Source of the DNA: Candidatus Doudnabacteria bacterium
GTDB lineage: Bacteria > Patescibacteriota > Doudnabacteria > UBA920 > O2-02-FULL-48-8
Direction of reading: 5' to 3'
Assembly: GCA_037200925.1 (NCBI GenBank)
Contig: JBBCGO010000001.1
Span: 888,235-952,234 of the forward strand
Length of the DNA stretch: 64,000 nt
Shown: positions 46,465-54,955 of the stretch, piece by piece
Position numbering within the stretch: position 1 is the stretch's first letter
Layout: each line of letters begins with the position of its first letter
The notes under the pieces: model-generated
Database searches by the model: none
Told to the model about the DNA's origin: nothing
Seen by the model: the letters and a program-made list of their open reading frames with translations, nothing else
Made by a program: the position numbers and the translations under genes

Positions 46465-46569
46465 GGAATGTGTTATGCTTTATATGCAAAATATTCTAGG
46501 ATCAAGAAATTAGTCGAGTTTCGCAAAACCTATTTACTTTGCATTTTTACTCACTAACTTTCAAAATCA

Positions 46570-46767
46570 ATGGACGGTACAATCAAAAAGCTCACCGACA
46601 AAGGTTTCGGCTTCATCGCTGTTGAAGGCCAGGAAAAAGACGTTTTTTTCCATGGCAAATCTTTGGTCGGCGTGACTTTTGCAGAACTCCATGAAGGTGA
46701 CGCAGTCAGCTTCGATATGGAAGATTCTCCAAAGGGTCCAAACGCGGTCAACGTCAAGCGAGCCTAG
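46570..46767 (+). CDS. cspA: Cold-shock protein
   Basis: KGFGFI (RNP1), DVFFH (RNP2) and KGPNAVNV motifs. Confidence 0.93.
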   Translation: MDGTIKKLTDKGFGFIAVEGQEKDVFFHGKSLVGVTFAELHEGDAVSFDMEDSPKGPNAVNVKRA

Positions 46768-46777
46768 GCTCTCTTAT

Positions 46778-46812
46778 AAAACCCGCCCTCTAACCGGGGC
46801 GGTTTTATTTTT
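46778..46812 (+). terminator. Intrinsic terminator
   Basis: AAAACCCGCCCTC...GGGGCGGTTTT followed by a T-tail. Confidence 0.7.
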
Positions 46813-46877
46813 GCTTGACAAGAATTTGAAAGACAATTATACTAATCCTACATTTCTAACTAATAGGAAAGGGAATA

Positions 46878-47120
46878 ATGCATACAAAAGAAAACTGTCC
46901 GTTTTATGGCTCGACAACTATCGGAGAAAAAGGCCAGGTCGTAATTCCGCAGCAGGTGCGCGAAACTATGAAATTGGAAAAAGGGGATAAGCTTTTGGTT
47001 TTCGGCATGGGCGAGGAGATGGTGGCTTTGGCCAAAGTTTCCCGGTTCGAAAAATTCGAGAAACATCTTTCCTCAAAGCTTGAGTCGATCAGAAAAATTA
47101 TTAAAGAAAATGGAGACTAA
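46878..47120 (+). CDS. AbrB/MazE/SpoVT-family DNA-binding protein
   Basis: GSTTIGEKGQVVIP..VRE.M.L..GDKLLV motif. Confidence 0.88.
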   Translation: MHTKENCPFYGSTTIGEKGQVVIPQQVRETMKLEKGDKLLVFGMGEEMVALAKVSRFEKFEKHLSSKLESIRKIIKENGD

Positions 47121-47121
47121 T

Positions 47122-47727
47122 ATGTTTGATACAATCCCGTCTGACGAAGTTATAAACAAAACGGCGGAAGCGCTGAAAGCCAATGGTATTGAAACCTTTG
47201 TCGTCAATACAGGCGCTGAAGCCAAAGCCAAGCTGTTTGAGATTATCCCGGCGGGCGTGCTGATCATGAACAGCACCTCGGTCACCCTGGATGCGATCGG
47301 GGCCGCAGAAGAGATCGTGAATTCGGGCAGGTATGACCCTGTGCGGGCGAAACTGAATGATCCTAATACACCGCCAAAAGAAAAAGTTATTTTAGGGGCT
47401 ACTGCAGACTGGGCGACAGGAAGCGCAAGTGCGGTCACGCAAGACGGAACTGTGCTGATTGCCTCCAACACAGGCAGCCAGCTTCCCTCCGAGGCTTACG
47501 GCTCGGCAAATGTTGTATTTGTTGTTGGAGCGCAGAAGATCGTTAAGGACCGCGATGAGGGCTTCAAAAGAATTTATGACTATGTCCTGCCCAAAGAATC
47601 GGTGCGGGCCAACAAAGCATACAATATCACAACCGGCAGTTTTGTAAGCAAATTGCTGATAATCAACCGCGAGATCAAACCCGGCCGCATTAAATTGATT
47701 TTGGTCAAAGAAGTCTTGGGCTTCTGA
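47122..47727 (+). CDS. LUD-domain (lactate utilisation/YkgG-like) protein
   Basis: AL.ANGIE..VV....EAK, S.TL..IG, GS.SAVT.DG...IAS.TGSQL and VVG.QKIV motifs. Confidence 0.8.
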   Translation: MFDTIPSDEVINKTAEALKANGIETFVVNTGAEAKAKLFEIIPAGVLIMNSTSVTLDAIGAAEEIVNSGRYDPVRAKLNDPNTPPKEKVILGATADWATGSASAVTQDGTVLIASNTGSQLPSEAYGSANVVFVVGAQKIVKDRDEGFKRIYDYVLPKESVRANKAYNITTGSFVSKLLIINREIKPGRIKLILVKEVLGF

Positions 47728-47831
47728 TTATTTGACAGAACTAGCGTAAATGCTAAGGATTTGCTATACTAATTTGCGTATTGCCTGCCAGATGGCAGGC
47801 AGGTTAATAAAGTAATTAAGAAAGGTATCTT

Positions 47832-48116
47832 ATGGCCAAAGGAATGACCAAATCCGAGGTGCTCAATGCGGTTGCCGAAAAGACCGGCAAGAGCCGCAAA
47901 GAAGTCGCCGAATTTATCGACGCTGTCGTGGGTGTTGCCTACGAAGAGACCAAAAAGAGCGGGGAATTCACCATCCCGGGCTTAGGAAAGCTTTTAAAGA
48001 AGCACCGCGAAGCCCGCATGGGACGTAACCCGGCCACCGGCGAATCGATCAAGATCGGCGCCAAAACCGTTGTTAAGTTCCGCGTGGCAAAAGCCGCGAA
48101 AGACGCAATTCTTTAA
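47832..48116 (+). CDS. hup: HU family DNA-binding protein
   Basis: MTKSE....VAEK, IPGLGK and R.ARMGRNPATGE.IKI.AK.VVKF motifs. Confidence 0.95.
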   Translation: MAKGMTKSEVLNAVAEKTGKSRKEVAEFIDAVVGVAYEETKKSGEFTIPGLGKLLKKHREARMGRNPATGESIKIGAKTVVKFRVAKAAKDAIL

Positions 48117-48132
48117 TTAGAATTACACAAAA

Positions 48133-48163
48133 GATCCGCTCCTAAGATCAGAGCGGGTTTTTT
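48133..48163 (+). terminator. Intrinsic terminator
   Basis: ATCCGCTC...GAGCGGGT followed by a T-run. Confidence 0.7.
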
Positions 48164-48341
48164 GTTTGATAAATGTTTGATAAAAATCAGGCTTGACGGC
48201 GGAAGGAAAATCTGCTATAATACACATAGATAGATTTTTTTGATGGAAACTAAATATCAATTCAAACTTGGAAAAACCGAGTAAATCCCGCTTTTTGGGT
48301 CTTGGTTTTTTTGTCTTGCATAAGTATTCAAATCCTGGGCC

Positions 48342-48779
48342 TTGATCAAAATCGAGAAACTAAAACTCAAAACCCAAAAACAATTCGAACTCATCGATAT
48401 TACTGATAAAGTCAAAACAGTTTTGGAATCCGCAGGTATTGATTCCGGGATGCTCACGGTGTTTTCGCCGCACACCACAGCTGCGATCCGCATCAACCAC
48501 AACGAACCGCTGCTCATCCAGGATATTATCAAAATGATCTATCGGCTGGTGCCGGTGGATATCAATTATTCCCACGATCTGTTTGAGATCCGCTCCGGGA
48601 TAGATGCGGGGGAGCGCAGCAACGGGCACGCGCATGTCAAAGCTTTTTTGCTGGGGTCATCGGAAACTATTCCCGTGGCTCATAAAGAAATGCAACTGGG
48701 GGGAAAGCAAAGTATATTTTTTGTTGAATTGGACGGCGCCAGAGACAGGGAAGTTGTTATTCAAGTAATGGGGGAATGA
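48342..48779 (+). CDS. yjbQ: YjbQ (UPF0047) family protein
   Basis: IDITD.V, HTTAAI.IN, NGHAH.KA.LLG.S and Q.IFFVELDG.R.R motifs. TTG start. Confidence 0.88.
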   Translation: MIKIEKLKLKTQKQFELIDITDKVKTVLESAGIDSGMLTVFSPHTTAAIRINHNEPLLIQDIIKMIYRLVPVDINYSHDLFEIRSGIDAGERSNGHAHVKAFLLGSSETIPVAHKEMQLGGKQSIFFVELDGARDREVVIQVMGE

Positions 48780-48943
48780 TAAATTTCTAATTGACCTAAC
48801 TTTAGAAATTAGATCAATTAGGTTAATTAGAAATTTTATTTACTTTGTTTCCAAATCATTGGAAAAAATAAACTAAAGGTCGTCCGGTCGAATGACCGGA
48901 CGCCCGATCGGATGATCGGGCGAAATGAAAGGGGGTGAATCTA

Positions 48944-49633
48944 ATGAACAATTATTATCAAAATACATATTCACAGGCAATTACCGATTCTTTGAGCAAA
49001 CTTTATGATCAATTCATAAATTTTCTGCCAAGCTTCCTGGTCGCTGTTATTTTTTTGGTCATCGGCTGGGTCGTGGTAGTATTTATTGCCAAACTTATCA
49101 AACAAGCTTTGCATTCTTTAAGGCTGGATGAGTTCGGAGATAAGTTGGGATTAGATGTGGTCTCTGAGAGAACCGGAATGAAAATGACGGTTTCGGGCAC
49201 GATCGCCTGGCTGGTCAAGTGGTTCCTGCTGTTGGCCATATTCTTGGCCGCAGCTGATATCCTTGGACTGACTCAGGTCTCAGTGTTCTTAAACAATGTA
49301 TTATTGTACATTCCTAACGTGATTGCCGGAGCTGCAATACTTTTGGTCGGCACAATGGTCGCCAGATTCCTCGCGAAATTGGTCCGCCATTCTGTCGCTG
49401 CGGCAGGTTTGTCTTCTGCCGATATGCTGGGAGCAGTGACCCAATGGTCTGTCATGATCTTTACGATCCTGGCGACCCTGGATCAGCTGAAAGTGGCTCA
49501 AGCCTTCGTAGCAACCCTGTTCACCGGCATTATTGCCATGCTTGCAATTGCGGGCGGACTTGCTTTCGGTCTCGGCGGCCGTGATCATGCAACCAAGGTT
49601 TTGAATAGGATCGAAAGAGATATCAAATCGTAG
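48944..49633 (+). CDS. TM-helix-repeat membrane protein (small mechanosensitive-channel/CmpX-like)
   Basis: Repeated FLP.FLVA..FL.IGW / YIPNVIAG..IL.VG and LA.GLAFGLGGRD. GGGGGTGA SD. Confidence 0.8.
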   Translation: MNNYYQNTYSQAITDSLSKLYDQFINFLPSFLVAVIFLVIGWVVVVFIAKLIKQALHSLRLDEFGDKLGLDVVSERTGMKMTVSGTIAWLVKWFLLLAIFLAAADILGLTQVSVFLNNVLLYIPNVIAGAAILLVGTMVARFLAKLVRHSVAAAGLSSADMLGAVTQWSVMIFTILATLDQLKVAQAFVATLFTGIIAMLAIAGGLAFGLGGRDHATKVLNRIERDIKS

Positions 49634-49847
49634 GAGATAGGTTATAGTTCTTTCTAAAAATTTCCATCTAAAAAAACAAATCAACCGCATTCCAGCGGTT
49701 GATTTGTTTTCCGCCGCCGATCGCGAATTAAGAAACTCCACTATAAATATTGGGGTTGCACATCGGAGTAATATGTGCTATAATATAAGTGTAAGTTTGC
49801 AGTGTTTCTGAAACAAAAACAAAAGAAAACAAAATAAAAATCAAACA

Positions 49848-50327
49848 ATGATATCCAAGCTCCGCTTTGGGCTTTTATTGGCGTTAATAGGCATGTTTTT
49901 GGCCGGCAGCTATTCCAGTTCTCCGCTGACTGCGCAGCAAATTTTGAATTTGGTCAACCGCGACCGTGAAAAGCACGGTCTTTCTTCATTGTCTCTTAAT
50001 CCTACTTTGAACTTAGCTGCTCTGGCTAAAGCCGATGACATGATCAATAAAAATTATTTTGCGCATGTGAGTCCCGCCGGCACCAAGCCTTGGGACTGGT
50101 TTCTGAGCCTCGGCTATAACTACAGTTACGCCGGAGAAAATCTGGCCGAAGGTTATACTGATCCGTATGAGCTTGAAAATTCCTGGATGAGCAGCCCGGC
50201 TCACAGGGCCAATATTTTGTCGCCATTCTATTCCGAAGCGGGTTTAGCCGTCGTTGAGAGGAATAACACGAATATCATTGTCCAATTCTTCGGCAGCAAG
50301 GAAAACAAAGTCACATTGAGGCAATAA
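49848..50327 (+). CDS. CAP/SCP domain secreted protein
   Basis: LVN.DR...GL..L.LN..L..AA..KA.DM...NYFAH.SP, AGENLA and WM.SPAHRANIL motifs. Confidence 0.92.
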   Translation: MISKLRFGLLLALIGMFLAGSYSSSPLTAQQILNLVNRDREKHGLSSLSLNPTLNLAALAKADDMINKNYFAHVSPAGTKPWDWFLSLGYNYSYAGENLAEGYTDPYELENSWMSSPAHRANILSPFYSEAGLAVVERNNTNIIVQFFGSKENKVTLRQ

Positions 50328-50414
50328 TAAATTTGCAGGCTTAACTCCGCTCCGTTTCAGGAGCGGTTTTTTGTTGCCCTTTATACTTTATAACAAATAC
50401 TTTATACTTGTTTT

Positions 50415-51491
50415 ATGAACGAATACGAAATACCAAGATCAAGCAAAAGCATCAGAAACAAAGTGCAACTGGCAGCGGCAGTAGTTTTGGTCGCGCTTTT
50501 GGTCGCTGTAATTTATTATGAAACCAAGGTCAACCAGGCGGCCAGCTCCGAAAGCCGGCAAGTTATGTTCACGGTGGCCAAAGGATCCAGAACGCGGCAG
50601 GTGGCGGAAGAACTCGCGAAAGAAAAAATCATCGGCAGTCCGACTGTATTTTTAATTTATACATCTTTACATTCTGCGGCCAAGAAAATCCAAGCCGGGC
50701 AGTATTCGCTGAACGCCAACATGGCAATCCCGGAAATTGTTAATGTGCTGACGCAGGGAAAAGTTATTCCGACATCCAGCAAAGTGACCTTTATCGAAGG
50801 CGAAACGAATGCTCAAGTGGCGAAAGATCTGGGAGACCAAAATATTGCCGGCGCGGATGATTTTTTGCACGCGACCGCTGACAGCGGATACAGTTTTAAA
50901 TATTTGAGTGTTGCAGCCAAGGTCAATTACCAGGGCTTTCTTTTTCCGGATACTTACGAGATCGGTAAGACGGATACCGTAAAAGATATCGTGCAAAAAA
51001 TGCTGACAGATTTTCAGACAAAGTTTACTGACAAAATGTACGCCGACTCGCAGGCCCGCGATGTTAAATTAATTGATTTGATCACATTGGCTTCGATCGT
51101 AGAAAAAGAAGTCGGCAGAAACAAAACCAACCTCACAGCCGATGATCTGTCTACAATGCAAAAAGAACGCGAACTGGTTGCTTCGGTTTTTTATAATCGA
51201 CTGAGTGCAGGCATGCCTTTGGAATCCGATGCCACAGTCAATTACATCACAGGTAAATCTGACCGCTCGGTTACTACTGCGGACACCAAGATCAAATCGG
51301 CTTATAATACTTACCAAGTAAAGGGTTTGCCGCCAACACCGATCTCCAACCCGGGCCTAGATTCAATTATGGCCGCCATTTATCCGGCAAAGTCGGATTA
51401 TCTATATTTTTTGAATGCGCCGGACGGAACCGCGTATTTTGCCAAGACTTTGGATGAGCATAACGCTAATAAAGCCAAGTACCTGAAATAA
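50415..51491 (+). CDS. mltG: Endolytic transglycosylase MltG
   Basis: GFLFPDTY, LASIVEKE, VFYNRL..GMPLESDAT, YNTY...GLPPTPISNPG and YLYF motifs. Confidence 0.93.
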   Translation: MNEYEIPRSSKSIRNKVQLAAAVVLVALLVAVIYYETKVNQAASSESRQVMFTVAKGSRTRQVAEELAKEKIIGSPTVFLIYTSLHSAAKKIQAGQYSLNANMAIPEIVNVLTQGKVIPTSSKVTFIEGETNAQVAKDLGDQNIAGADDFLHATADSGYSFKYLSVAAKVNYQGFLFPDTYEIGKTDTVKDIVQKMLTDFQTKFTDKMYADSQARDVKLIDLITLASIVEKEVGRNKTNLTADDLSTMQKERELVASVFYNRLSAGMPLESDATVNYITGKSDRSVTTADTKIKSAYNTYQVKGLPPTPISNPGLDSIMAAIYPAKSDYLYFLNAPDGTAYFAKTLDEHNANKAKYLK

Positions 51492-51493
51492 AA

Positions 51494-51931
51494 GTGGCCG
51501 GAAACCGAAAAAATCACGGATTTACTTTGATAGAATTGCTGGTAGTGATAGCCATAATCGGTCTTTTGGCCACAATAATCCTGGTTTCTTTAAATAGCGC
51601 AAGAGTCAAAGCCAGAAATGCCCGCAGACTGGCCGATGCTCATCAATTGGTAACAGCCATGCAATTGTATTTATCCGATAACGGGAATATGATGGCTTGC
51701 GGTGGGGCCGTCAGCAATAACCCTACCGATTGGGACAATGGCCGATGTCTGCAAAACGCCCTTTCTCCGTATATGAGCAAACTGCCTTTGGATCCTCTTA
51801 ATGATGTCAATTATTATTATTATGTTTGTACGGAAGGATCGGGATGTAATGCTAGTTATCCGGATTCCCGTTATTGGGTGCAATTTTGGCTGGAAAATTT
51901 GGGCGGGCAAACATTTTTCGTTTACAAATAG
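51494..51931 (+). CDS. Type IV pilin / type II secretion pseudopilin
   Basis: Prepilin cleavage motif G|FTLIELLVVIAIIGLL, AR.KAR.A.R..D and Y...LP.DP. Confidence 0.9.
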   Translation: MAGNRKNHGFTLIELLVVIAIIGLLATIILVSLNSARVKARNARRLADAHQLVTAMQLYLSDNGNMMACGGAVSNNPTDWDNGRCLQNALSPYMSKLPLDPLNDVNYYYYVCTEGSGCNASYPDSRYWVQFWLENLGGQTFFVYK

Positions 51932-51984
51932 GCTTGTTGACATGATCCCGGAATTCATCTATACTGTTTAGGAATTAAATATCT

Positions 51985-52082
51985 CCAAAGACCGTAGCTG
52001 ACATTTGTCTTAATTCGCTACGCAGGAACAAAAATCACTTAGTGATATTGAACCGTTGTCTTTGGACAGCGGATTTATTTTT
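51985..52082 (+). promoter_or_regulatory. Ribosomal protein L10 leader (autoregulatory), with a terminator-like hairpin
   Basis: AAGACCGTAG...TTAAT..CTACGCAGG motif upstream of rplJ, then a CCGTTGTC/GACAGCGG hairpin and T-rich tail. Confidence 0.7.
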
Positions 52083-52091
52083 ATTAATTTA

Positions 52092-52215
52092 CGAAAAAAT
52101 TGAGTCGCAGTCCCTACTTGTCGGGACGAGAACAATTTTTTCGAGAGGAGTAATATGTCGACCATAGCGTATTCCGACTTGTCGGGATCGCGAAGGTTCG
52201 ACAAATTACGACGAT
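52092..52215 (+). repeat. Structured repeat element, copy A (abuts rplJ ATG)
   Basis: CGAAAAAATTG-AGTCGCA-[hairpin]-GAGAA-CAATTTTTTCG-AGAGGA-GTAAT..GTCGACC..GCG[hairpin]CGCGAAGGTTCGAC..ATTAC-GACGAT. Confidence 0.85.
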
Positions 52216-52740
52216 ATGGCAGTAACCAGAAAAGAAAAAGAAGCATCACTAGCATCGTTAACGGAAGATTTGAAATCCGCTCGCGGTGTGGTCTTTACCG
52301 AATACCGCGGCATGACCGTAAAGCAGATGGATAACGTGCGCAAGAATTTGCGCAAAGAAAACGTGAAGTATCAGGTGGTGAAGATCACCTTGCTGAAAAA
52401 AGCTTTAGCCGCCTTGGGAATTAATGCTGACGGGTTGAAGTATGCAGGGCCTCTGGCTGTGGCAGTATCGGATGAGGAAGAAACAGCGCCGGCGAGAATT
52501 CTTAAGAGTCTTATCCGCGAAAACCCTCAACTGGTTTTGGACGGCGGAATTTTCAATCATGAATTGGTTGGCTCGGATGTTGTGGCTAAGCTGGCTTCAT
52601 TACCAAGCAAACAGCAGCTGCTGGGGCAATTAGTTTCTGTTCTGTCAGGCCCGGCCCGAGGATTGGTCACTGTACTTTCCGGCAACACCAGAAATCTGTT
52701 GAACGTATTGAATGCAATTAAGGATAAGAAGAATAATTAA
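52216..52740 (+). CDS. rplJ: 50S ribosomal protein L10
   Basis: VVFTEYRG.TV.Q....R..LR, VVK.TL.K.AL and LA.LPSK.QLLGQL motifs. Confidence 0.95.
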   Translation: MAVTRKEKEASLASLTEDLKSARGVVFTEYRGMTVKQMDNVRKNLRKENVKYQVVKITLLKKALAALGINADGLKYAGPLAVAVSDEEETAPARILKSLIRENPQLVLDGGIFNHELVGSDVVAKLASLPSKQQLLGQLVSVLSGPARGLVTVLSGNTRNLLNVLNAIKDKKNN

Positions 52741-52777
52741 AGGTCGATTTACTTGTTATAGAGTCTATAATTAATTA

Positions 52778-52895
52778 CGAAAAAATTGAGTCGCAGGCTC
52801 GAAGAGCCGAGAACAATTTTTTCGAGAGGAGTAATAAGTCGACCGGAGCGCATTTTACGAAGTAAAATCGCGAAGGTTCGACCAATTACGACGAC
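52778..52895 (+). repeat. Structured repeat element, copy B (abuts rplL ATG)
   Basis: Near-identical scaffold to copy A with different apical hairpins (GGCTC-GAA-GAGCC; ATTTTAC-GAA-GTAAAAT). Confidence 0.85.
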
Positions 52896-53273
52896 ATGGC
52901 AAATTTTGATAACATAGTTTCTGAGATCGAAAAGCTTACCGTGCTGGAAGTTTCCGAATTGGTGAAAACCTTGGAAGAAAAATTCGGTGTTTCGGCTGCC
53001 GCTCCCATGATGATGGCAGCAGCAGGTCCTTCAGCCGGTGGAGGCGCACCCGTTGAAGAAAAAACTGAATTTACGGTTGAACTGACGGAAGCCGGCGCTA
53101 ATAAGATCAACGTCATCAAGGTAGTGCGCGAGGTAACCGGCAAGGGTCTGAAAGAAGCGAAAGATCTGGTTGACGCAGCTCCAAAGCCGATCAAAGAGAA
53201 CATAGGAAAAGCTGAAGCCGAGGAACTGAAGAAGAAATTGGAAGAAGCCGGCGCGAAGGTAATATTGAAATAG
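52896..53273 (+). CDS. rplL: 50S ribosomal protein L7/L12
   Basis: [29 protein letters not shown] and [20 protein letters not shown] motifs. Confidence 0.97.
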   Translation: MANFDNIVSEIEKLTVLEVSELVKTLEEKFGVSAAAPMMMAAAGPSAGGGAPVEEKTEFTVELTEAGANKINVIKVVREVTGKGLKEAKDLVDAAPKPIKENIGKAEAEELKKKLEEAGAKVILK

Positions 53274-53292
53274 GTAATAAGTAATAAGTTTT

Positions 53293-53324
53293 AGACCCGA
53301 GTCAACACTCGGGTTTTTGTTTTT
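53293..53324 (+). terminator. Intrinsic terminator
   Basis: AGACCCGAGT-CAAC-ACTCGGGTTT followed by a T-tail. Confidence 0.75.
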
Positions 53325-53535
53325 CTATACCCTAAAACCTATTAACCTCAAACTTATCAAATTGCTCTTTACAAGTTCTCTTTTTTGTGCTATAATGTTT
53401 ACAGATACAGTATTGGTTAGCCGATACTTTGCGGCAAATCATTACAAATCCCCAAGAAACAAAAATAAAATTGAATAAAGAGAGAAGATCAGGGAACAAT
53501 TTTTTTCCTGAGCTTTCTTCTTACTTTGATACAAA

Positions 53536-53766
53536 ATGGAAATCCAAACCGACGAGCTTTTAAGCTTAAAAGAAGCTTCCGAACTGTCGCCTTACAGCGC
53601 TGATTATTTGAATCTTCTGGCGCGAAAAGGGAAGTTAAAGGCGCGTAAAATAGGCCGCGACTGGCTGATCACCAAAGCCGATCTTTTTGATTATCTGCAT
53701 AAACAGCATCTGGACTCAAAGAGCCGTCTCAAGCAGCTTTCAAAATATTTAAACCTGCTTATGTAA
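53536..53766 (+). CDS. Helix-turn-helix DNA-binding protein (excisionase/MerR-like HTH)
   Basis: LLSLKEASE...YS.DYL..LARKGKLKA.KIGR.W.I motif. Confidence 0.85.
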   Translation: MEIQTDELLSLKEASELSPYSADYLNLLARKGKLKARKIGRDWLITKADLFDYLHKQHLDSKSRLKQLSKYLNLLM

Positions 53767-53855
53767 GTTGTGTCCTTCGAGGATAAATTCCTTACAGCTT
53801 TGCGCCACTTCAATGGCACCAAACAATCGTAAATTAATTAGAATTAATTAAATCT

Positions 53856-54296
53856 ATGGCAAAAAAATCGAAACCAAAAACTAAAACAACAAGAGTAAAA
53901 AAATATCCGACCCATCATTTGGTCACGATATTGACCTGCGTGCTGGTTCTAGAAGGAATTTTGTTTGCGGTCAGCACTCCGGCTGACTGGCTGAATGCCG
54001 CCAATATTTTGGATGTTTCGGGCGGTGTTTCGGAAACCATGCAGGAAACGATCGTAACTTTTCAGCCGATGATCGACGTGGTGCGGGGCATCAATCAGTT
54101 TTATCAGCTTTCAGCCACCCAGATGATGCGGCTTTTGGATCTGTCCGACAGCGGCGCTGGTCAGGAGATCGGATATATCTATAACGGTGTGGCTGATTTT
54201 TATCAGCAGACCAGTTCTCAGATGGCTCAGCTTCTTGATGTTTCGGATAATCGGTTGTGGACGCCAAAGGTTTCCGGGATTTCAATACAGCGATAA
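53856..54296 (+). CDS. Hypothetical membrane-anchored protein with an internal repeat
   Basis: One TM segment and two copies of G(I/V)..FYQ.....M..LLD.SD. Confidence 0.7.
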   Translation: MAKKSKPKTKTTRVKKYPTHHLVTILTCVLVLEGILFAVSTPADWLNAANILDVSGGVSETMQETIVTFQPMIDVVRGINQFYQLSATQMMRLLDLSDSGAGQEIGYIYNGVADFYQQTSSQMAQLLDVSDNRLWTPKVSGISIQR

Positions 54297-54316
54297 TTAC
54301 ACAAAGATCAAAATAA

Positions 54317-54916
54317 ATGCAGAGAGCCGCCGCAATCTTTTATGGTTTGAGTATTTTCGTCCTGATGACGGCTTTTTTCGTCTTGCAGCCGTCGAAGGCG
54401 CCGGAAGTCGCGGCTTTTCAGCAAAGCGTGAAACTGCAAGTCAGTGTGGCCTGGCAGCAAACGATCGGTGACGGACCTTATTTTGACACCCTGGCCAATA
54501 TATATGACGGCGTCACAGGATTTTATATGCAAGCTTCAAATCAGGCGATAGCTTTGCTGTCACAGCCTGATTCTGACGCAGCGGTATATTATGTTTTCCA
54601 TACAACGTACCAGGATTTTGCGCAAATTTTTAAATCAAGACAAGTTCATTTGGCGCAAACTTTAAATTCACCGGGACCCGATAAATTTATGACCGAAGCT
54701 GCGATTGATAATATAATTCCGGATAGCATTGTCCAGGCCAGTGAATCTTCGGGCGTAATTGCGGGTGCTGCCGTCAACGCCGTTGATGCGCCTGTGAACC
54801 AAGAAAATTCATGGGTGACGATCCAGGATAATTTTACGGGCCAAAAATATTGCCTGGCGATCTATAACGGGGAAGTGAATAAATATCTGGGAGAATGTAA
54901 ATCGATTTATCGCTAG
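54317..54916 (+). CDS. Hypothetical exported protein, paralogous motif to the upstream gene
   Basis: Signal/TM segment, IYDGVTGFYMQAS.QAI.LL and a C-terminal W.TI.DN.TG..YC....GEC. Confidence 0.7.
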   Translation: MQRAAAIFYGLSIFVLMTAFFVLQPSKAPEVAAFQQSVKLQVSVAWQQTIGDGPYFDTLANIYDGVTGFYMQASNQAIALLSQPDSDAAVYYVFHTTYQDFAQIFKSRQVHLAQTLNSPGPDKFMTEAAIDNIIPDSIVQASESSGVIAGAAVNAVDAPVNQENSWVTIQDNFTGQKYCLAIYNGEVNKYLGECKSIYR

Positions 54917-54919
54917 AAT

Positions 54920-54948
54920 AAAAAAAACGCTCCACCGGAGCGTTTTTT
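54920..54948. terminator. Bidirectional terminator
   Basis: AAAAAAAACGCTCC-ACC-GGAGCGTTTTTT between convergent genes. Confidence 0.8.
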
Positions 54949-54955
54949 GTTTTGA

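Noticed and set aside
52778-52895. Interpreting the element before rplJ/rplL as the L10 autoregulatory leader
   Set aside because: A separate canonical-looking L10 leader is present at ~51985-52025, and the element also occurs before tRNAs where L10 control makes no sense.
53536-53766. Prophage excisionase marking a prophage
   Set aside because: No integrase, att site or phage structural genes nearby; more likely a stand-alone HTH regulator.
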